A DNA stretch of 64,000 nucleotides, taken from the NCBI RefSeq assembly GCF_053078305.1, contig NZ_CP166879.1. The stretch is one strand, 5' to 3'. The position numbers and the translations under genes are program-made. Under the pieces are notes generated by a model. The model had not been told where the DNA came from and did no database searches. It saw only the letters and a program-made list of their open reading frames with translations. How positions within the stretch are numbered: position 1 is the first letter of the stretch; each line of letters opens with the position of its first letter. Of this stretch, positions 57,391 to 64,000 are shown in pieces.

Positions 57391-58779
57391 ATGACCATTA
57401 CTCCGGCAACTCATGCAATTTCGATAAATCCTGCCACGGGTGAACAACTTTCTGTGTTGCCGTGGGCTGGCGCTGATGATATCGAAAACGCACTTCAGCT
57501 GGCGGCAGCAGGCTTTCGTGACTGGCGCGAGACAAATATAGATTATCGTGCTGAAAAACTGCGTGATATCGGTAAGGCTCTGCGCGCCCGTAGCGAAGAA
57601 ATGGCGCAAATGATCACCCGCGAAATGGGCAAACCAATCAACCAGGCGCGCGCTGAAGTGGCGAAATCGGCGAATTTGTGTGACTGGTATGCAGAACATG
57701 GTCCGGCAATGCTGAAGGCGGAACCTACGCTGGTGGAAAATCAGCAGGCAGTTATTGAGTATCGACCGTTGGGGACGATTCTGGCGATTATGCCGTGGAA
57801 TTTTCCGTTATGGCAGGTGATGCGTGGCGCTGTTCCCATCATTCTTGCTGGTAACGGATACTTACTTAAACATGCGCCGAATGTGATGGGCTGTGTTCAG
57901 CTCATTGCCCAGGTGTTTAAAGATGCGGGAATCCCACAAGGCGTATATGGCTGGCTGAATGCCGACAATGACGGTGTCACTCAGATGATTAAAGACTCGC
58001 GCATTGCTGCTATCACGGTGACCGGAAGTGTTCGTGCTGGAGCGGCTATTGGTGCACAGGCTGGAGCGGCACTGAAAAAATGCGTACTGGAACTGGGCGG
58101 TTCGGATCCATTTATTGTGCTTAACGATGCCGATCTGGAACTGGCGGTTAAAGCGGCGGTAGCCGGACGTTATCAGAATACCGGACAGGTTTGTGCAGCG
58201 GCAAAACGCTTTATTATCGAAGAGGGAATTGCTTCGGCATTTACCGAACGTTTTGTGGCAGCTGCGGCAGCCTTGAAAATGGGCGATCCCCGTGACGAAG
58301 AGAACGCTCTCGGACCAATGGCTCGTTTCGATTTACGTGATGAGCTGCATCATCAGGTGGAGAAAACCCTGGCGCAGGGTGCGCGTTTGTTACTGGGCGG
58401 GGAAAAGATGGCTGGGGCAGGTAACTACTATCCGCCAACGGTTCTGGCGAATGTTACCCCAGAAATGACCGCTTTTCGGGAAGAAATGTTTGGCCCCGTT
58501 GCGGCAATCACCATTGCGAAAGATGCAGAACATGCGCTGGAACTGGCTAATGATAGTGAGTTCGGCCTTTCAGCGACCATTTTTACCACCGACGAAACAC
58601 AGGCCAGACAGATGGCGGCACGTCTGGAATGCGGTGGGGTGTTTATCAATGGTTATTGTGCCAGCGACGCGCGAGTGGCCTTTGGTGGCGTGAAAAAGAG
58701 TGGCTTTGGTCGTGAGCTTTCCCATTTCGGATTACACGAATTCTGTAATATCCAGACGGTGTGGAAAGACCGGATCTGA
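57391..58779 (+). CDS. sad: NAD+-dependent succinate semialdehyde dehydrogenase
   Basis: 462 aa from [20 protein letters not shown]...; aldehyde dehydrogenase family. The track ORF starts 8 codons upstream. Confidence 0.9.
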   Translation: MTITPATHAISINPATGEQLSVLPWAGADDIENALQLAAAGFRDWRETNIDYRAEKLRDIGKALRARSEEMAQMITREMGKPINQARAEVAKSANLCDWYAEHGPAMLKAEPTLVENQQAVIEYRPLGTILAIMPWNFPLWQVMRGAVPIILAGNGYLLKHAPNVMGCVQLIAQVFKDAGIPQGVYGWLNADNDGVTQMIKDSRIAAITVTGSVRAGAAIGAQAGAALKKCVLELGGSDPFIVLNDADLELAVKAAVAGRYQNTGQVCAAAKRFIIEEGIASAFTERFVAAAAALKMGDPRDEENALGPMARFDLRDELHHQVEKTLAQGARLLLGGEKMAGAGNYYPPTVLANVTPEMTAFREEMFGPVAAITIAKDAEHALELANDSEFGLSATIFTTDETQARQMAARLECGGVFINGYCASDARVAFGGVKKSGFGRELSHFGLHEFCNIQTVWKDRI

Positions 58780-58842
58780 CGCGACATATTCAGCTCTGAT
58801 ATACTCGCAGGTCTTTTCAGACCTGCGGTCCAGGAGTAGAAA

Positions 58843-59769
58843 GTGGCAGTCGCCATGGATAATGCAATTTTAGAAAACATCTTGCGGCAAGTGCGGCCGC
58901 TCATTGGTCAGGGTAAAGTCGCGGATTATATTCCGGCGCTGGCTACAGTAGACGGTTCCCGATTGGGCATTGCTATCTGTACCGTTGACGGACAGCTTTT
59001 TCAGGCCGGAGACGCGCAAGAACGTTTTTCCATTCAGTCTATTTCTAAAGTGCTGAGTCTCGTTGTCGCCATGCGTCATTACTCCGAAGAGGAAATCTGG
59101 CAACGCGTCGGCAAAGATCCGTCTGGATCACCGTTCAATTCTTTAGTGCAACTGGAAATGGAGCAGGGTATTCCGCGTAATCCGTTTATTAATGCTGGTG
59201 CGCTGGTGGTCTGCGATATGTTGCAAGGGCGATTAAGCGCACCACGGCAACGTATGCTGGAAGTCGTGCGCGGCTTAAGCGGTGCGTCTGATATTTCCTA
59301 CGATACGGTGGTAGCGCGTTCCGAATTTGAACATTCCGCGCGAAATGCGGCTATCGCCTGGCTGATGAAGTCGTTTGGCAATTTCCATCATGACGTGACA
59401 ACCGTTCTGCAAAACTATTTTCATTACTGCGCTCTGAAAATGAGCTGTGTAGAGCTGGCCCGGACGTTTGTCTTTCTGGCTAATCAGGGGAAAGCTATTC
59501 ATATTGATGAACCTGTGGTGACGCCAATGCAGGCACGGCAAATTAACGCGCTGATGGCGACCAGTGGTATGTACCAGAACGCGGGGGAGTTTGCCTGGCG
59601 GGTGGGACTACCGGCGAAATCTGGCGTTGGTGGCGGTATTGTGGCGATTGTTCCGCATGAAATGGCCATCGCAGTCTGGAGTCCGGAACTGGATGATGCA
59701 GGTAACTCGCTTGCGGGTATCGCCGTCCTTGAACAATTGACGAAACAGTTAGGGCGTTCGGTTTATTAA
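58843..59769 (+). CDS. glsB: glutaminase 2
   Basis: 308 aa, [34 protein letters not shown]...; serine-dependent glutaminase family. Confidence 0.9.
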   Translation: MAVAMDNAILENILRQVRPLIGQGKVADYIPALATVDGSRLGIAICTVDGQLFQAGDAQERFSIQSISKVLSLVVAMRHYSEEEIWQRVGKDPSGSPFNSLVQLEMEQGIPRNPFINAGALVVCDMLQGRLSAPRQRMLEVVRGLSGASDISYDTVVARSEFEHSARNAAIAWLMKSFGNFHHDVTTVLQNYFHYCALKMSCVELARTFVFLANQGKAIHIDEPVVTPMQARQINALMATSGMYQNAGEFAWRVGLPAKSGVGGGIVAIVPHEMAIAVWSPELDDAGNSLAGIAVLEQLTKQLGRSVY

Positions 59770-60128
59770 TGCAGTCTCTCGATCCACTCTTCGCGCGTTT
59801 ATCCCGTTCAAAATTTCGATCTCGCTTTCGTTTGGGCATGAAAGAGCGTCAGTATTGTCTGGAGAAAGGCGCGCCAGTCATCGAACAACATGCGGCGGAT
59901 TTTGTCGCTAAACGTCTTGCTCCGGCATTACCGGCTAATGACGGTAAACAAACCCCCATGCGCGGGCATCCGGTGTTTATCGCTCAGCACGCCACCGCGA
60001 CCTGCTGTCGCGGTTGTCTGGCTAAGTGGCATAACATTCCGCAGGGTGTTTCGTTAAGCGAAGAACAACAACGTTATATCGTGGCGGTAATCTATCACTG
60101 GCTGGTTGTACAGATGAATCAGCCATGA
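59769..60128 (+). CDS. yneG: DUF4186-type protein YneG
   Basis: 119 aa, coupled to glsB (TAATG). Confidence 0.8.
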   Translation: MQSLDPLFARLSRSKFRSRFRLGMKERQYCLEKGAPVIEQHAADFVAKRLAPALPANDGKQTPMRGHPVFIAQHATATCCRGCLAKWHNIPQGVSLSEEQQRYIVAVIYHWLVVQMNQP

Positions 60129-60266
60129 GAATTGCGGAAAACGATAAAATAGCATTCCCAGGGTACCTTTATTTGCCGCCGCTGTCAGCGAACATGCTAT
60201 CCTTTATGAGAATTTACTTATTACGTTGAGATAATTGCCACCCGCAATTGTATGGACAGATAATTA

Positions 60267-61685
60267 ATGCATGTACACCCCATTTCAACTTTCCGTTTGT
60301 TCCAGGAAGGTCATCTGCTACGTAATAGCATCGCTATTTTTGCGCTAACCACGCTGTTCTATTTTATTGGTGCAGAGTTACGGCTGGTTCACGAACTTTC
60401 TCTTTTCTGGCCGCTGAATGGCGTAATGGCGGGGGTGTTTGCCCGCTATGTCTGGCTTAATCGACTGCATTACTATGCGATCAGTTATGTGGCGATGCTG
60501 GTTTATGATGCCATAACCACCGAATGGGGACTGGTTTCACTGGCTATCAATTTCTCCAATATGATGTTTATTGTTACCGTCGCCTTACTGGTCGTGCGGG
60601 ATAAGCGTTTGGGGAAAAATAAGTATGAGCCAGTAAGTGCCTTACGGCTATTTAATTACTGTCTGATTGCCGCATTATTATGCGCTATTGTCGGGGCGAT
60701 TGGTTCGGTCAGTATTGATAGTCTGGATTTCTGGCCTTTGCTTGCGGACTGGTTCAGTGAGCAATTCTCAACGGGCGTGTTGATCGTGCCTTGTATGCTG
60801 ACGTTGGCTATTCCTGGAGTGCTGCCGCGCTTTAAAGCAGAACAGATGATGCCCGCCATCGCGCTTATTGTGTCGGTTATTGCCTCGGTAGTCATTGGTG
60901 GAGCGGGGAGTCTGGCGTTCCCGCTGCCTGCATTAATCTGGTGTGCAGTGCGCTATACGCCGCAGGTAACATGTCTGTTGACCTTTGTCACCGGTGCGGT
61001 GGAAATCGTACTGGTGGCTAATTCGGTGATTGATATCTCGGTCGGTTCGCCGTTCTCCATTCCGGAAATGTTCTCCGCACGTCTCGGTATTGCCACGATG
61101 GCGATATGCCCAATTATGGTTTCTTTTAGCGTGGCAGCGATCAATTCGCTAATGAAGCAAGTTGCGCTGCGAGCCGACTTTGATTTTCTGACTCAGGTTT
61201 ACTCACGGTCCGGTCTTTATGAGGCGCTGAAAAGTCCATCGCTGAAACAGACACAACATCTGACTGTCATGCTGCTTGATATCGACTATTTCAAAAGTAT
61301 TAACGATAACTATGGACATGAATGTGGCGATAAAGTGTTAAGCGTGTTTGCCCGGCATATCCAGAAGATTGTCGGTGATAAGGGGCTGGTGGCGCGAATG
61401 GGCGGCGAAGAATTTGCTGTTGCAGTGCCGTCGGTGAATCCTGTCGATGGTCTGCTAATGGCGGAAAAAATCCGTAAAGGCGTTGAACTGCAACCATTCA
61501 CCTGGCAACAAAAAACGCTTTATCTCACGGTAAGTATTGGCGTCGGTAGTGGTCGCGCATCGTACCGAACGCTGACCGATGACTTTAATAAATTGATGGT
61601 CGAAGCCGATACGTGTCTGTATCGCTCGAAGAAAGATGGGCGCAACCGTACCAGCACTATGCGTTACGGTGAGGAAGTTGTCTGA
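60267..61685 (+). CDS. dgcF: membrane diguanylate cyclase (MASE1-like + GGDEF)
   Basis: 472-aa ORF with a multi-TM N-terminus and GGEEF motif. The position of K-12 yneF/dgcF. The true start could be internal. Confidence 0.8.
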   Translation: MHVHPISTFRLFQEGHLLRNSIAIFALTTLFYFIGAELRLVHELSLFWPLNGVMAGVFARYVWLNRLHYYAISYVAMLVYDAITTEWGLVSLAINFSNMMFIVTVALLVVRDKRLGKNKYEPVSALRLFNYCLIAALLCAIVGAIGSVSIDSLDFWPLLADWFSEQFSTGVLIVPCMLTLAIPGVLPRFKAEQMMPAIALIVSVIASVVIGGAGSLAFPLPALIWCAVRYTPQVTCLLTFVTGAVEIVLVANSVIDISVGSPFSIPEMFSARLGIATMAICPIMVSFSVAAINSLMKQVALRADFDFLTQVYSRSGLYEALKSPSLKQTQHLTVMLLDIDYFKSINDNYGHECGDKVLSVFARHIQKIVGDKGLVARMGGEEFAVAVPSVNPVDGLLMAEKIRKGVELQPFTWQQKTLYLTVSIGVGSGRASYRTLTDDFNKLMVEADTCLYRSKKDGRNRTSTMRYGEEVV

Positions 61686-61911
61686 CATCTTTATTCATTC
61701 AGAGTGATTTGAATGCAATGTGTTCTACCACTTTATGATCCAGGAAAAGGCGTATTTCCTCGATTAAACCATGATCCGCGCCACACTTTTCTCATAAAAC
61801 TGCTCATTAATCATCAGGAGTTGATCAAAACAGGGGTTCGGCGTATTAAAGTTTGCTAACCTGTCGTACCAATTCAAACAGGTTGTATGACTAATCAGAA
61901 GGGAACCCATT

Positions 61912-63363
61912 GTGAAAACACTAAATCGTCGCGATTTTCCCGGTGCACAGTATCCAGAACGTATCATTCAGTTTGGTGAAGGTAACTTCCTGCGCGCCTT
62001 TGTTGACTGGCAAATCGATCTCCTGAATGAGCACACCGATCTGAATTCTGGTGTGGTCGTTGTTCGTCCGATTGAAACTTCATTCCCGCCGTCACTGAGC
62101 ACGCAGGATGGTCTGTACACCACCATTATCCGTGGCCTGAATGAGAAGGGGGAAGCGGTCAGCGACGCGCGTCTGATTCGCTCTGTTAATCGTGAAATCA
62201 GCGTCTACAGTGAATACGATGAATTCCTGAAACTGGCGCACAACCCGGAAATGCGCTTTGTTTTCTCTAACACCACCGAAGCGGGTATCAGCTACCATGC
62301 GGGCGATAAATTCGATGACGCGCCAGCGGTAAGTTATCCGGCAAAACTGACTCGTCTACTGTTCGAACGTTTCAGTCATTTCAACGGCGCGCAGGATAAA
62401 GGTTGGATCATCATCCCTTGTGAACTGATCGACTATAACGGCGATGCGCTGCGTGAACTGGTTCTGCGCTACGCACAAGAGTGGGCGCTACCAGAAGCAT
62501 TTATTCAATGGCTGGATCAGGCTAACAGCTTCTGCTCTACGCTGGTGGATCGTATCGTTACCGGTTATCCGCGTGATGAAGTGGCGAAACTGGAAGAAGA
62601 ACTGGGTTATCACGATGGTTTCCTCGACACCGCGGAACACTTTTACCTGTTTGTGATTCAGGGGCCGAAATCCTTAGCGACTGAACTGCGGCTGGACAAA
62701 TATCCGCTCAACGTGCTGATTGTTGACGATATTAAACCGTATAAAGAGCGCAAAGTGGCAATCCTCAACGGTGCGCACACCGCGCTGGTGCCGGTGGCGT
62801 TCCAGGCAGGGCTGGATACCGTAGGTGAAGCGATGAACGATGCTGAAATTTGCGCATTCGTTGAAAACGCTATCTACGAAGAGATTATTCCGGTACTGGA
62901 TTTGCCACGCGATGAGCTGGAATCTTTTGCCAGTGCAGTCACCGGGCGTTTCCGTAACCCGTACATTAAGCATCAGCTGCTGTCTATCGCGCTCAACGGT
63001 ATGACCAAGTTCCGCACCCGCATCCTGCCGCAGCTACTGGCAGGGCAGAAGGCAAACGGCACACTTCCGGCGCGCCTTACTTTCGCATTAGCGGCATTGA
63101 TTGCGTTCTATCGCGGTGAGCGTAACGGAGAAACATATCCGGTACAGGACGATGCACACTGGCTGGAACGTTATCAGCAACTCTGGAGCCAGCATCGTGA
63201 CCGTGTTATCGGTACCCAGGAACTGGTTGCGATTGTGTTGGCAGAAAAAGACCACTGGGAGCAGGACCTGACGCAAGTGCCTGGTCTGGTCGAGCAGGTT
63301 GCTAATGACCTGGATGCGATTCTTGAAAAAGGGATGCGCGAAGCTGTACGTCCGTTGTGCTAA
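61912..63363 (+). CDS. uxaB: altronate (tagaturonate) oxidoreductase
   Basis: 483 aa, mannitol dehydrogenase family. GTG start ([30 protein letters not shown]). Hairpin terminator at 63371-63392. Confidence 0.9.
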   Translation: MKTLNRRDFPGAQYPERIIQFGEGNFLRAFVDWQIDLLNEHTDLNSGVVVVRPIETSFPPSLSTQDGLYTTIIRGLNEKGEAVSDARLIRSVNREISVYSEYDEFLKLAHNPEMRFVFSNTTEAGISYHAGDKFDDAPAVSYPAKLTRLLFERFSHFNGAQDKGWIIIPCELIDYNGDALRELVLRYAQEWALPEAFIQWLDQANSFCSTLVDRIVTGYPRDEVAKLEEELGYHDGFLDTAEHFYLFVIQGPKSLATELRLDKYPLNVLIVDDIKPYKERKVAILNGAHTALVPVAFQAGLDTVGEAMNDAEICAFVENAIYEEIIPVLDLPRDELESFASAVTGRFRNPYIKHQLLSIALNGMTKFRTRILPQLLAGQKANGTLPARLTFALAALIAFYRGERNGETYPVQDDAHWLERYQQLWSQHRDRVIGTQELVAIVLAEKDHWEQDLTQVPGLVEQVANDLDAILEKGMREAVRPLC

Positions 63364-63559
63364 TACTCTGAACCCGGTTTCGACCGGGTTTCTTATTTCA
63401 TTATATTAGTTACAACATCCTATGAGCCTTTATCATTAACAGGTGCCACATGCAGCGCCTGTTAATGTTGTAATTTTGTAGGTAATTTGTAAGTAGCGTC
63501 TTGAGAATGTGATCGTAATCACGTTTAATAGGGCGACTTTTCCACGCCTGAAGATAACC

Positions 63560-64000
63560 ATGATTGTTCGTCCACAACAACACTGGCTGCGCCGTATTTT
63601 TGTCTGGCACGGTTCAGTATTATCCAAGATATCCTCGCGCTTACTACTCAATTTTCTCTTTTCTATCGCTGTTATTTTCATGCTGCCCTGGTACACGCAT
63701 TTGGGCATTAAATTCACCCTCGCACCGTTCAGCATTCTCGGTGTCGCCATCGCCATTTTTCTTGGTTTTCGTAATAATGCCGGTTACGCCCGTTACGTTG
63801 AAGCGCGAAAACTTTGGGGGCAGTTGATGATTGCCTCGCGGTCGTTACTGCGCGAGGTAATAACGACATTGCCGGATTCGGCAAGTGTAAGGGAGTTTGC
63901 CCGGCTGCAAATCGCCTTCGCTCACTGTTTACGCATGACATTACGCAAACAGCCACAGGCGGAAGTGCTGGCTCATTATCTCAAGACTGAAGATCTTCAG
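63560..64000 (+). CDS. yneE: bestrophin-family membrane protein, 5' part (runs off the window end)
   Basis: ATG at 63560. MIVRPQQHWLRRIFVWHGSVLSKI... is open for 147 codons to the window edge (not in the ORF track because there is no stop). Synteny after uxaB. Confidence 0.8.
   Translation, partial: MIVRPQQHWLRRIFVWHGSVLSKISSRLLLNFLFSIAVIFMLPWYTHLGIKFTLAPFSILGVAIAIFLGFRNNAGYARYVEARKLWGQLMIASRSLLREVITTLPDSASVREFARLQIAFAHCLRMTLRKQPQAEVLAHYLKTEDLQ

Noticed and set aside
63434-63467. A 13-bp-stem hairpin (CATTAACAGGTGC...GCGCCTGTTAATG) between uxaB and yneE.
   Set aside because: It is most simply a secondary terminator or REP-like structure in an ordinary intergenic region, and no further signal is attached to it.

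Overview
This window is E. coli chromosome (the ydfJ-dcp-dgcZ-mar-sad-uxaB region, inverted relative to K-12) carrying a nested, composite prophage.

(1) 1-24259 is the right ~24 kb of a Mu-like transposable prophage. It runs portal, MuF, G, protease/scaffold, major head, sheath, tube, tape measure, N, baseplate, tail fibre S/U, a Gin-invertible segment, gin, a 3.6-kb cargo island, then com-mom. It ends in GTATCA repeats with a terminal CA at 24259. The left end lies outside the window.

(2) 24260 to about 38317 is the tail arm of a lambda-like prophage. The Mu-like element sits inside its gene Z, of which only the last ~43 codons remain. These are followed by U, V, G/G-T (GGGAAAG slip site), H, M, L, K, I, a 240-bp structured insert, J, a hok-like toxin, a collagen-repeat side tail fibre and Tfa. 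This arm abuts a 5'-truncated ydfJ, the Qin attachment locus of K-12.

(3) 38318-64000 is ordinary core genome: ydfI, ydfZ, ydfH, ydfG, dcp, ydeJ, ydeI, dgcZ, MgrR/mgtS, a frameshifted GlxA-like regulator plus a rhodanese gene, ydeE, eamA, marBAR-marC, sotB, yneK, yneJ, sad, glsB, yneG, dgcF, uxaB and yneE (partial).

The most interesting unexplained content:
- the cargo island between gin and com (SGNH-esterase/lectin fusion, tiny membrane peptide, unassignable small ORFs, tandem hairpin repeats);
- a minimal invertible segment with a single tail-fibre chaperone;
- a tRNA-like cloverleaf antisense to the Mu-like head operon;
- an sRNA-like cassette between lambda-type I and J;
- a (GCCGAA)14 in-frame microsatellite.

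No CRISPR array, rRNA or canonical tRNA was seen. All homology statements come from reading the translations and from memory of reference proteins; no searches were run.
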